From Oscillospiraceae bacterium (GTDB lineage: Bacteria; Bacillota; Clostridia; Oscillospirales; CAG-272), in NCBI GenBank assembly GCA_015064525.1, contig SVSC01000001.1:1-56072 (forward strand): DNA of 56,072 nucleotides, in the 5' to 3' direction. Positions 17,119 to 27,006 of this stretch are shown piece after piece (position 1 is the stretch's first letter; each line of letters starts with the position of its first letter). The position numbers were made by a program, and so were the translations under genes. Below the pieces are notes generated by a model that saw nothing but the letters and a program-made list of their open reading frames with translations, ran no database searches and had not been told where the DNA came from.

Positions 17119-20100
17119 TTGAAAAAACGTATTTTATGGATCACGGCGATGCTGCTGGTTCTGTTGCTTACTCTCGGACTCACCGCTTGCGATGATGATG
17201 AGGGCGGTAGCGGGGGCGACGGCAACGGTCCGATCAACGATCCGTCCTACAACGATGGTGTTGGCTCGCAGCCGATTACCGTTACCTATTTCACCGAGGC
17301 GGGAGGCGCTGCCCTCACCGCAACGGTAACCGACGGGCGCTTCACGCTGTCGCCGATCCCCACCAAGGAGGGCTATGTTTTCCTGGGGCTCTTTGACAGT
17401 CCCACGGGAGGCAGCTGTATTGTGGATGCTTACGGCGGCAGTCAGGTGACCTTTACCAAGTCGGTCACACTCTATGCCCAGTGGTCGGCAAAGAGCTACA
17501 CCGTGCTGCTCGATCCCGCGGGCGGAAGCATGAGCGGGTCGGATACCATGACGGTTACCTACGGCTCCTATATGCCCATGCTTCCCGTTGTGGAAAAGCC
17601 GGGCTTCGAGTTTGTGGGCTGGACCGATAACGTACACGGTCTTTGCTCCAACAAGGAAAACGTGCTTTCCGAGTTTTCCACCTTCAACAGCCTGAATTAC
17701 TTCATCAACAACGATTCGGTCACGCTTTACGCCACGTTTAAGGAGAAGAAGCTCACCGTTACCTTTGACTACAACGACGGTAGCTATCAGACCGATTCCT
17801 TTTCCGTGAAGTACGGCGACACGGTGGGCGCGGATCGTTACCCGCAAATGGACACGGGCAGCCGCGTGATCACGGGATGGTCGCTGAACCGCAACGATAT
17901 GGTTGCTCATTCGGGCCCCATTACCTCGGATCTCACTCTCTACGCCATTTGGAAGGACTATAAAACCTTCACGCTCCATGCGGGCAACGGCGATCAGCCC
18001 ACGCAGATCAAGGTGTTCCGCAACGAGTTCCATAATCTGGAGGCTCCTCAATGGAACGGCTACGAGTTCGACGGTTGGTACACCTCCACGCTGTTCTCGG
18101 GCGTTCCCGTGACGACCGTGGGCTATGGCTCCGCCAATTCGGAGCTGTACGCCAAGTGGATTCCCATCGACTACACCCTGCACCTGCAGGTGGGCGACGG
18201 AACCAGTCTCCCCGATATGTCCTATAACGTGAAGGACACGCTGGAGCTTCCCACGGCAACCAGACAGTATTGCACCTTTATCGGTTGGTGCCTGAGAGAG
18301 GATCTCTCCGATACTCCCTTTACCACTCTTCCCGCAGGCTACACGGGGGAATTGACCCTTTACGCCAAGTTCGCGGGTGAGGACAGAACGGTGATTCCCG
18401 ATGCCTGCGGCGGCAGTCTGGCGCAGAAGCAGGTAACCGTGGAATACGGCAACTTCTATCAGCTTCCCGTTCCCTCCAAGGAGGGCTACCTGTTCGTTGG
18501 CTGGTTCGCGGGCAATGACGAGGACGCGCTTCGCCTCACCGATGAGAACGGTAAGTCTCTCTCCGCCTTCAATTACGCCGAGGAAAGCACCACGGTGTAC
18601 GCCAAGTACTCCAAAAAGTACTACGTTCGCGTGGAAATCAACCTTCCCGCGGGAGGTAGCGTGGAGGTGAAGGAGCATTACGCCAACGGAGGAACGGTTG
18701 CTCCCAAGCTCACCCTCAACACGGGCTATATTTTTGAGGGCTACTACGTTGATAACGAAAAGATCTCCGACGATCCCAACTATACCTTCCTGATGGAGGG
18801 CATGGACGTGACGCTGGAGGTGCGCTTCAAGGCGAAGGAATACACCTTTACTCTGAATTCCGACGGCGGCTTCTGCCAGCAAGGCTCCGCTTCGGTGGTT
18901 CACGGCGAGAGCTATCTGCTGCCCGTTGCGTGGAAGCAGGGCTATCTGTTCAGCGGCTGGTCCTATAACGGTCAGCTGATCACCGATGAAACCGGCGCGT
19001 CGCTGGAAAGCTGGTCCCGCGAGGTTGCGGGCTCCACGCAGCTCAAGGCGGTCTTCATTGTGGATCCCCAGGGCGAATCCTTCATTGTGGTGAAGGATAA
19101 GGAAACCTTCCTCACCATGCTTCAGTTCCCCGACCGTGTCTACAGCCTTGTGGCGGACATCGACCTTTCGGGCGTTACCTGGAATCCCGTTGCCTTCAAG
19201 GGACAGCTCTACGGCAACAATTTCACCATTAAAAACCTCACCGTCACCTCCAACGCGCAGAACGTGGGTCTGTTCACCGTTCTCACGGGAACCGTGAGAG
19301 ATCTGAACTTCGAGAACGTGACGGTGAAGTCCGAGGGCTACAACGGCAATGCCTACGTTGGCGTGGTTTGCGGTACCCTGCAGGGCGGTAAGATCGAAAA
19401 CGTGAAGGTGCTTTCGGGCAGCGTTTCCGCAGGTGTATCTCACGTTGGCGGTATCGCGGGCTACGTTCTCACCAACAGCACCGTGAACGGCTGTGTGAAC
19501 CACGCCACCGTTACGGGCGCCGCCTCGGAGAGCTCGGGCGCAACCGGAGGTATCGTGGGTCATATTCCCGCTAACGCCGCCGTTACCCTAACCAACTGTG
19601 AGAACCACGGTGCCATTACGGGAACCTGGCGCACGGGCGGTATTGTGGGCGCGCTTTATGAGAACATCAAAATTTACAACGTGCTGAACACGGGCGCCAT
19701 CGTTGGTTCCAACAACGAAACGGGCGGTATCGTGGGCTCCTTCCAAACCTCCCATGCGGGAACCTTCGATCTCAACTGGAAGGCTGTGAACCGAGGCGCG
19801 GTTACGGGCAACAACAGCACGGGCGGTCTGATCGGATACGCAAAATATAACTTCGGCGGCTACGCCACCCTCTATTTCAACGATTCTCTCAACGAGGGAA
19901 CCGTTGTGGGAAACCAGTACGTTGGCGGTATCGTTGGTTACGGCTATTATAACTCCACCAACAACGATCTGGTGATCACCGTTTCGGGGCAAAAGAATCT
20001 GGGCAACGTGACGGGTAAGAACCACGTTGGCGGTATCTACGGCTACGTTTACTCCGATAACTACCTTTCGGTTCTGAAGGGAAGCTCCTCCTCCGCCAAG

Positions 20101-23100
20101 ATTTCCGGTGACTACTACATCGGCGGCATCATCGGTAAGGCGGATAACCTCTACGTGGACTCCTGCTCCAACAAGGGCAGTGAGATCATTGTAACGGGTA
20201 GCTACGTCAACAACAACACCTTCCAGACCTGGGTGGGCGGCTACGTTGGTTACGGTGCCTTTGTTTCCAACTGTCGCAACGAATGCGCCATCTCGGTTGC
20301 GGGCGAGGGCAAATTCGTTGGCGGTATTGCGGGGTATGTGAATCGCGGTGTTTCCAACTGCGAGAACCTTGGAGCCATCAATGCGCCCAAGTGCGATGCG
20401 GTTGGCGGCGTTGTGGGCGGCTCCTACGGCAGCGCCGTGCTGACACAGCAGAACCTCACCAATAAAGCAGACGTCACCGGTAAAACATGGGTTGGCGGTG
20501 TTTACGGCTATCTGGATGAAAACACCAGCGGCAATCCCAATCACGTGGTCACCGACCTTCGCAACGAGGGTAACGTGACCGGTGTGGAATGCGTTGGCGG
20601 TATTTTGGGCTCCTTCTACGGGCAATCCTCCAACGGCAACGTTCTCATGTCTCTCTCGAATTGGCACAGCGTCGGTAACGTCACCGGAGACATCCGAGTG
20701 GGTGGCGTGGTTGGTAAAGCATATGGCGATTATCAGCTCTCCCGCCTCACCAACGCCACGGCAAAGGGCGTGATCACGGGTCGCTACTACGTTGGCGGTA
20801 TTGTTGGTATGTGCGAGAACATCGTTCTCGACACCTGCTCCAACGAGGGCACAAGCTTTGTGATCACGGGAAGCTATCTGGACGGCACCGTTTACCGCTC
20901 CTTCGTTGGCGGTATCGCGGGCTATAGCTTCAGCATTCTCAATTCCACCAATCACGCGGATATCACCGTGGATTATGATGGCAGAAACGTGGCGGGTATT
21001 GTTGGTCATGGCTACGGCGTTCTGCAGAACTGCACCAATCTCGGCAACATCAATGCGCCCAAGTGTGATTACGTTGGCGGCATCACGGGTAATGTTACCA
21101 CCGGTATTGCCGAGGGACACCATCACCTGGAAAACAAGGGAAGCGTTGCGGCGAGAAGCTACGTTGGCGGTATCTTCGGTCGCTTTGAAAACGCGAACTC
21201 CGGTAATAACACACAAGCTGTTGAGCATTTGAACAGCGAGGGCAACGTTTCGGGCGAGCTCTACGTTGGCGGTATTGTGGGTCACATCTACTATAATTCC
21301 TCCAACGGCTCCAACCGCATGAGCGCAACCGACTGGAGCTGTGAGGGTGACGTGACGGGTAACAATCATATTGGCGGTCTCATTGGTTTTGGTGAAACCG
21401 ACCATGCGGAATCCATCCTCACGGAATCCACCTATTCGGGTAAGGTTTCCGCAAACTACATTCTCGGCGGCATTGCGGGTAAGCTGCTTTCCGTTGTGCT
21501 GGACAGCTGCTCCGTTGAGGAGGGCAGCGTGCTGAACGTTACCGGCAACTGGCTGGACGGCTCCACCTACCGTATCTACGCGGGCGGTATCGCGGGTCAA
21601 GGCTATAGTATCTTTCATTGCAAGAACAGCATTGCCATCACAATCACCACCGAGGGCGACCACGTTGGCGGCATTGCGGGCTACACCTACGGTGTGATCG
21701 AAAATTGCGAAAACACCGCGGAGATCCATGCGCCCAAGTGTCAGTACGTTGGCGGTATCGTTGGTCGGGCATATTCCAACGTGAACAGCTCGGTGAACTC
21801 CTACAGCAAGCTCACCAACAGCGGTAAGATCACGGGTCTGAACTACGTTGGCGGCGTTGCGGGCTATTTTGAAAGTCATTGTTATTACGGCAGTACACAG
21901 AATATCACGGATCTTACCAACAGCGGTGAGATTACGGGTGCTTTGTACGTTGGCGGTGTTGTGGGCAGTCTCTACGATAACTCGTCGAACAGCACGCTCG
22001 TCATGCTGGCGAGCGGCTGGAAGAACGAGGCGAACGTAACGGGTACCGGCTACGTTGGCGGTCTCATCGGAACCGCCTCCACCGATGTGAACACCTCCAA
22101 GCTTTCCGAATCCTCCTCCTCGGGAGCGATTAAGGCGGCATACCGCGTTGGCGGTTTGGTTGGCAGCATGACGCTGCTCACGCTGGACACCTGCTCCAAC
22201 GAGGGAACCACCGTAACGGCAACCGGCTTTGAGAATTCCGATTCCTTCGGAAACAATGCCTACGTTGGCGGCTACGCTGGCTACGGCTACGGCTTTATCA
22301 ATTGCCACAATGCGTCGAGCATCACCCTTTCCCACGCGGGCAACTGCGTTGGCGGTATCGTGGGCTATGCCTACGGTAGCCTGGAGAACTGCTCCAACGA
22401 GGGCGAGATCAACGCTCCCAAGGGTACCTTTGTTGGCGGCGTTGTGGGCAGAAGCTATTCGGGCGACAATTCTTTCCTTCCTTCTTATAAAGAGCTTTCC
22501 AACAGCGGCAAGATCACGGGTAAAGACTACGTTGGCGGTGTGCTGGGAAGCGCGGAGGCCGAATGCTATTACGGCGGCACGCAGATTTACCGCGCGCTTT
22601 CCAACACGGGGCTTATCCTTGGCGAAAGTCAGGTTGGCGGCGTGGTTGGAAATATCTATCTGAATTCCAACAACAGCGTGGTGAAGATGGATGCCACCGA
22701 TTGGAGCAATGTCTCCAACGTAACGGGCAACAACCGCGTTGGTGGTCTGATCGGCGACGTTTACACCGATTCGGTGGATTCCAAGCTGTCGCAGTCCACA
22801 TCCATCGGTAACATCTCCGCCGACTACTATCTGGGCGGTCTGGTGGGCTCCGCCGAGTATCTGACGCTGGAAGCCTGCTACAACGCGGGAACCAGGGTCA
22901 ATGTTACGGGCTACCTGCTGGAGAACTCGGTTTACTACACCTATGCGGGCGGCTTTGCGGGCAAGGGATACCGCTTCATTGACTGTGTGAACACGGTGGA
23001 GATCAGCGTTGACCAAAAGGGCTCCTACGTTGGCGGTATCGCGGGCTACGTTTCGGCATCCTCCGCAGGCGCGTCCTCCGGATGCAAGAATACGGCGAAG

Positions 23101-26100
23101 GTAACCGCAAAGAACTGTGACTACGTTGGCGGTCTCTACGGCTACTTTGCCACCAACACCTCCTCGAGTATTTCCAATTTCACCAACGAGGGCGACGTTT
23201 TGGGTAAAACCTTTGTTGGCGGTCTGTTCGGCTACCATTATACCTATGGTGGCGGCGCCATCACCGTAACCCTCACCGATCTCACCAATAGCGGAAGCGT
23301 TGAGGCAAAGGCAGATACCGCGGGCGGCATCGTCGGATTCTATTCGGGCGATTCCTCCAACAATAACTGCACGCTCAACGGAACCAACTGGAAGAACACG
23401 GGAGACGTGAAGGTGGAGGGTCATCGCGCGGGCGGTCTCCTGGGCTACGGCTGGACCGACCACAACGCCTCCAAGATTCAGAATTCCTCCTCCGCGGGTG
23501 AAATTTCCGCTGAGTATTACGTTGGCGGTCTGGCAGGATACCTTTCCAATATTGAATTGAACAGTTGCTCCAACAAGGGAACAACCATCAAGGTTACGGG
23601 TTATCTGCTGGATAATTCGGTTTACTACACCTATGCGGGCGGCTTTGCGGGCTACGGCTACCGCTTTACCTCCTGCGAGAACAACGCAACCGTCAGCGTC
23701 AGCCAAAAGGGCGCGAACGTGGGCGGTATCGCGGGCTGGGCAAACGGCTATGCCAACAGCTGCGCAAACCTGGCGGATATCACCGCTCCCAACTGCGAGA
23801 ACGTGGGCGGTATCTACGGTCAGTATAACTACGGTGGCTCCATGACCATGACCGATCTTTCCAACGAGGGTGACGTCACCGGAAAAACCAAGGTTGGCGG
23901 TATCTACGGCTACTACTACACCTACGGCAGCGGCGCCATCACCATCAATCTCAACACGCTGGAGAACGAGGGAGCCATTACCGCGAGCGGCGAGTCTGCG
24001 GGCGGTATCGCGGGCTACTTTAACGGCGACTCCTCCAACAACAACTGCACCTTCACGGGAACCGATTGGGAGAACTCGGGCGACGTTACGGGCGACATTC
24101 GGGTTGGCGGTCTGATCGGTCACCTATGGGACGATTACACCGGCTCCAAGCTGCAGGAATGCTCCTCCTCGGGAACCATCACGGGTAGAGCATACGTTGG
24201 CGGTCTGGCAGGCTGCGCTTGGTACACCACCTTCTTTGCCTGCGATAACATTGGCACCAAGATTGTGGTAACGGGCAACCTGCTGGAGAACTCCGTGTAT
24301 TATCTCTACGTTGGCGGCTACGCGGGCAGAGGCTATGCCTTTACCGATTGCGTGAACTACGCGGATCTTTCCGCCGCGAGCAAGGGCTACTACGTTGGCG
24401 GTATCGCGGGCTACTGCGATGGCAGCCTCTCGGGCTGCGAGAACTATGGCGGAATCACCGCAGCCAACGCCACCTACGTTGGCGGCCTGGTGGGCAGAGT
24501 GGAATGCTACGCCAATATCAGCGTAACCGAATCCTTGAATGAGGGCGACATTATCGGTAAGGATCACGTTGGCGGTTTGTTCGGAGAAGTTTATATGTAT
24601 CTGGCAAGCTATCGCGAGGTCACCTTCTCCAATCTGCAAAATAAGGGTGACGTGACTGCCTCGGGCGATTATGCCGGTGGTATCGCGGGCTACCACAACA
24701 CCATTTCTACCAATAATAACTGCCTCTTCCGCGGCACCGGCTTGAAGAACAGCGGCAACGTGACGTCAACCGGCGGCTACGTTGGCGGTCTGTTCGGATA
24801 TCTGGTGACCGACTACGCCGAATCCAAGCTGGAGGAAAGCTCCTCCTCGGGTGCGGTAAAGGGCGCTCACACCGTTGGCGGTCTTGTTGGTTGGGCAACT
24901 GCCGTGAAGCTTTTGAACTGCTCCAACGAGGGAGCCTCCGTGGAGGCCACAGGCAGCCTTCTGAAAAATGACGTACACTACGCTCAGGTTGGCGGCTACG
25001 TTGGCTATAGCGACGGTAACACAACCATCACGGGCTGCGACAACGCCGTGGATATTATCTACAGCGGTAACGGCATTTACGTTGGCGGAATCGCGGGCTA
25101 CTGCACCAACAGCATCACCGATTTCACCAACGTTGGTGAAATCAACGCGCCTCGGGCAGCCCACGTTGGCGGTATCGTGGGAAGACTGGCTTGTGACAGC
25201 ACCGTCACCGTCACCGCAACCGTTAACGAGGGCAAGATCACGGGTAAGGATCACGTTGGCGGCCTGTTCGGAGAGGTTTATATGTATCTGGCAAGCTATC
25301 GCGAGGTCACCTTCTCCAATCTGCAAAATAAGGGTGACGTGATTGCCTCGGGCGATTATGTGGGCGGTATCGCGGGCTACCACAACACCATTTCCACCAA
25401 TAATAACTGCCTCTTCCGCGGCACCGGCTTGAAGAACAGCGGCGATGTGACGTCAACCGGCGGCTACGTTGGCGGTCTGTTCGGATATTTGGCTACCGAC
25501 TACGCCGAATCCAAGCTGGAGGAAAGCTCCTCCTCGGGCGCTGTGAAGGGATTGCACACGGTTGGCGGCATCGCGGGTTGGGTTACCGCCGTGAAGCTTT
25601 TGAACTGTTCCAATGAGGGAGCCACTGTGGAAGCTACGGGAAGCTTCCTGCAGAATGATATTTATTATGCACAGGTAGGCGGCTACGTTGGCTACAGCGA
25701 CGGTCTTGCTCCCATCACGGGTTGCAACAATGCCGTGAATATTACCTACAGCGGTAACGGTATTTACGTTGGCGGTATTGCGGGCTATAGCTCCTACACC
25801 ATCACCGATTGCACCAACAGCGGTACTATCACCGCTTCGAAGTCCGATTATGTTGGCGGTATCGTTGGTAGAATGGGATGCTCCACGGGAGCGCCCGATT
25901 TGAAAAACTGTACCAACAGCGGCAAGATCACGGGTAACGCTCAGGTTGGCGGTCTTGTGGGAGAGTTCTATTTCAACTATTCCTCCGAGCGTCATTCCTA
26001 TTTCAGTGATCTCACCAACAGCGGCGCGGTTCTTGCCTCGGGCGAGAACGCGGGCGGTATCGTTGGAAACTACTATTTCAACTCCACCAACAGCGTCGCA

Positions 26101-26979
26101 ACCCTCCATGCCAACAGCTTGAAGAATACCGCAAGCATAACAGGCACGCGTGGGGTAGGAGGCATTTTCGGAAAGCTTTATACCGATACCACTAACTCTA
26201 AAATGGAGGCATGCTCCTCCTCGGGTGCTGTGAAGGGCGTGAGCGCCGTTGGCGGCTTGGTTGGATATGCGGAAAACCTGCAGATTGTCAATTGCTCCAA
26301 TGATGGAGCAACCGTTACAGCTACCGGTGCTTACACAGAAAACGGGGCGAATGACGCTCAGGTTGGCGGCTACGTGGGCTACTTCAACGGAACGGTTTCC
26401 GGATGCGTTAACAAAGCGATCGTTTCCTACAGCGGTGACGGTAAATACGTTGGCGGTATTGCGGGACATTGCGTTTCCACCATTACCGATTGTGAGAACC
26501 AAGGCAATATCACCGCGTCCAATGCCTCCTATGTTGGCGGCATTGTGGGTAGACTGGGAGGCTCCTCCAACTGTCCCGACATGAAAAATTGCTCCAACAG
26601 TGGCACTGTGCAGGGCAAGGAACGTGTGGGGGGATTGATGGGTGACTACTATGTGAGCGCGGGCAATAATCACTGCACCACCTATTTCGCCTCTCTCACC
26701 AACACGGGTAATGTGGTTGCCTCGGGTGATTACGTTGGCGGCATCATCGGATATTGCTACGGAGCTGCCAATGGCGGTTACACCGACACATTCGTTGCCA
26801 CCGATCTCAAAAATACGGGCAATGTGCGGGGAGGCGATTTTGTGGGTGGTTTGATCGGAGAGTTTTCATCGGACACCTCCGCATCCTCCATCACAGGCTA
26901 TTCCTCCACGGGAACCATCGTTGCAACGGGCACCAAATCCGAGCTGGTTGCGCAAAGTCAAAATTTGACCTTGAAATAA
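17119..26979 (+). CDS. Giant (3286 aa) surface lipoprotein: about 8 Flg_new modules followed by a GLUG-motif beta-solenoid
   Basis: TTG start 9 nt after aggagga. Signal peptide with lipobox LGLTAC|DDD. N-terminal repeats resemble those of the upstream gene. From about aa 640 there are hundreds of [VI]GG[IL][VA]G[YR] coils (GLUG-like). An uninterrupted 9.86-kb frame. Confidence 0.92.
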   Translation: MKKRILWITAMLLVLLLTLGLTACDDDEGGSGGDGNGPINDPSYNDGVGSQPITVTYFTEAGGAALTATVTDGRFTLSPIPTKEGYVFLGLFDSPTGGSCIVDAYGGSQVTFTKSVTLYAQWSAKSYTVLLDPAGGSMSGSDTMTVTYGSYMPMLPVVEKPGFEFVGWTDNVHGLCSNKENVLSEFSTFNSLNYFINNDSVTLYATFKEKKLTVTFDYNDGSYQTDSFSVKYGDTVGADRYPQMDTGSRVITGWSLNRNDMVAHSGPITSDLTLYAIWKDYKTFTLHAGNGDQPTQIKVFRNEFHNLEAPQWNGYEFDGWYTSTLFSGVPVTTVGYGSANSELYAKWIPIDYTLHLQVGDGTSLPDMSYNVKDTLELPTATRQYCTFIGWCLREDLSDTPFTTLPAGYTGELTLYAKFAGEDRTVIPDACGGSLAQKQVTVEYGNFYQLPVPSKEGYLFVGWFAGNDEDALRLTDENGKSLSAFNYAEESTTVYAKYSKKYYVRVEINLPAGGSVEVKEHYANGGTVAPKLTLNTGYIFEGYYVDNEKISDDPNYTFLMEGMDVTLEVRFKAKEYTFTLNSDGGFCQQGSASVVHGESYLLPVAWKQGYLFSGWSYNGQLITDETGASLESWSREVAGSTQLKAVFIVDPQGESFIVVKDKETFLTMLQFPDRVYSLVADIDLSGVTWNPVAFKGQLYGNNFTIKNLTVTSNAQNVGLFTVLTGTVRDLNFENVTVKSEGYNGNAYVGVVCGTLQGGKIENVKVLSGSVSAGVSHVGGIAGYVLTNSTVNGCVNHATVTGAASESSGATGGIVGHIPANAAVTLTNCENHGAITGTWRTGGIVGALYENIKIYNVLNTGAIVGSNNETGGIVGSFQTSHAGTFDLNWKAVNRGAVTGNNSTGGLIGYAKYNFGGYATLYFNDSLNEGTVVGNQYVGGIVGYGYYNSTNNDLVITVSGQKNLGNVTGKNHVGGIYGYVYSDNYLSVLKGSSSSAKISGDYYIGGIIGKADNLYVDSCSNKGSEIIVTGSYVNNNTFQTWVGGYVGYGAFVSNCRNECAISVAGEGKFVGGIAGYVNRGVSNCENLGAINAPKCDAVGGVVGGSYGSAVLTQQNLTNKADVTGKTWVGGVYGYLDENTSGNPNHVVTDLRNEGNVTGVECVGGILGSFYGQSSNGNVLMSLSNWHSVGNVTGDIRVGGVVGKAYGDYQLSRLTNATAKGVITGRYYVGGIVGMCENIVLDTCSNEGTSFVITGSYLDGTVYRSFVGGIAGYSFSILNSTNHADITVDYDGRNVAGIVGHGYGVLQNCTNLGNINAPKCDYVGGITGNVTTGIAEGHHHLENKGSVAARSYVGGIFGRFENANSGNNTQAVEHLNSEGNVSGELYVGGIVGHIYYNSSNGSNRMSATDWSCEGDVTGNNHIGGLIGFGETDHAESILTESTYSGKVSANYILGGIAGKLLSVVLDSCSVEEGSVLNVTGNWLDGSTYRIYAGGIAGQGYSIFHCKNSIAITITTEGDHVGGIAGYTYGVIENCENTAEIHAPKCQYVGGIVGRAYSNVNSSVNSYSKLTNSGKITGLNYVGGVAGYFESHCYYGSTQNITDLTNSGEITGALYVGGVVGSLYDNSSNSTLVMLASGWKNEANVTGTGYVGGLIGTASTDVNTSKLSESSSSGAIKAAYRVGGLVGSMTLLTLDTCSNEGTTVTATGFENSDSFGNNAYVGGYAGYGYGFINCHNASSITLSHAGNCVGGIVGYAYGSLENCSNEGEINAPKGTFVGGVVGRSYSGDNSFLPSYKELSNSGKITGKDYVGGVLGSAEAECYYGGTQIYRALSNTGLILGESQVGGVVGNIYLNSNNSVVKMDATDWSNVSNVTGNNRVGGLIGDVYTDSVDSKLSQSTSIGNISADYYLGGLVGSAEYLTLEACYNAGTRVNVTGYLLENSVYYTYAGGFAGKGYRFIDCVNTVEISVDQKGSYVGGIAGYVSASSAGASSGCKNTAKVTAKNCDYVGGLYGYFATNTSSSISNFTNEGDVLGKTFVGGLFGYHYTYGGGAITVTLTDLTNSGSVEAKADTAGGIVGFYSGDSSNNNCTLNGTNWKNTGDVKVEGHRAGGLLGYGWTDHNASKIQNSSSAGEISAEYYVGGLAGYLSNIELNSCSNKGTTIKVTGYLLDNSVYYTYAGGFAGYGYRFTSCENNATVSVSQKGANVGGIAGWANGYANSCANLADITAPNCENVGGIYGQYNYGGSMTMTDLSNEGDVTGKTKVGGIYGYYYTYGSGAITINLNTLENEGAITASGESAGGIAGYFNGDSSNNNCTFTGTDWENSGDVTGDIRVGGLIGHLWDDYTGSKLQECSSSGTITGRAYVGGLAGCAWYTTFFACDNIGTKIVVTGNLLENSVYYLYVGGYAGRGYAFTDCVNYADLSAASKGYYVGGIAGYCDGSLSGCENYGGITAANATYVGGLVGRVECYANISVTESLNEGDIIGKDHVGGLFGEVYMYLASYREVTFSNLQNKGDVTASGDYAGGIAGYHNTISTNNNCLFRGTGLKNSGNVTSTGGYVGGLFGYLVTDYAESKLEESSSSGAVKGAHTVGGLVGWATAVKLLNCSNEGASVEATGSLLKNDVHYAQVGGYVGYSDGNTTITGCDNAVDIIYSGNGIYVGGIAGYCTNSITDFTNVGEINAPRAAHVGGIVGRLACDSTVTVTATVNEGKITGKDHVGGLFGEVYMYLASYREVTFSNLQNKGDVIASGDYVGGIAGYHNTISTNNNCLFRGTGLKNSGDVTSTGGYVGGLFGYLATDYAESKLEESSSSGAVKGLHTVGGIAGWVTAVKLLNCSNEGATVEATGSFLQNDIYYAQVGGYVGYSDGLAPITGCNNAVNITYSGNGIYVGGIAGYSSYTITDCTNSGTITASKSDYVGGIVGRMGCSTGAPDLKNCTNSGKITGNAQVGGLVGEFYFNYSSERHSYFSDLTNSGAVLASGENAGGIVGNYYFNSTNSVATLHANSLKNTASITGTRGVGGIFGKLYTDTTNSKMEACSSSGAVKGVSAVGGLVGYAENLQIVNCSNDGATVTATGAYTENGANDAQVGGYVGYFNGTVSGCVNKAIVSYSGDGKYVGGIAGHCVSTITDCENQGNITASNASYVGGIVGRLGGSSNCPDMKNCSNSGTVQGKERVGGLMGDYYVSAGNNHCTTYFASLTNTGNVVASGDYVGGIIGYCYGAANGGYTDTFVATDLKNTGNVRGGDFVGGLIGEFSSDTSASSITGYSSTGTIVATGTKSELVAQSQNLTLK
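20158..26976 (+). repeat. Ten in-frame tandem super-modules (period 672-690 bp, about 230 aa) within the giant gene
   Basis: Module starts, marked by the recurring [DN]xC[SY]N[EKA]G motif, fall at 20158, 20830, 21512, 22186, 22870, 23560, 24235, 24913, 25600 and 26287. Conserved Cys positions recur in each module (CxN.G, NC.N.G.I.AP.C.YVGG). Confidence 0.85.
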
Positions 26980-27006
26980 GGTCTAAAAAATAAAAAGGAG
27001 ACTATC

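Noticed and set aside
17134-26673. Very long minus-strand ORFs antisense to the giant gene: 809 aa at 17134..19563, 1511 aa at 19588..24123, and further ones at 24124..24696, 24766..25383 and 25453..26673.
   Set aside because: They are shadows of the + strand repeat. The dominant sense codons (GGY, GTT/GTG, GCG, ACC, AAC, TAC) give stop-free reverse complements. The antisense products are monotonous (A/V/N/T/G/R-rich) and lack RBS and start context and any signal or motif. The sense frame has a clear RBS, lipobox and domain grammar.
19300-26979. Regular short periodicity that could superficially resemble a CRISPR-like or satellite array.
   Set aside because: The periodicity is in-frame coding repeat structure (coils of about 23 aa and modules of about 230 aa) inside one uninterrupted ORF. 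There is no repeat/unique-spacer alternation and there are no cas genes.
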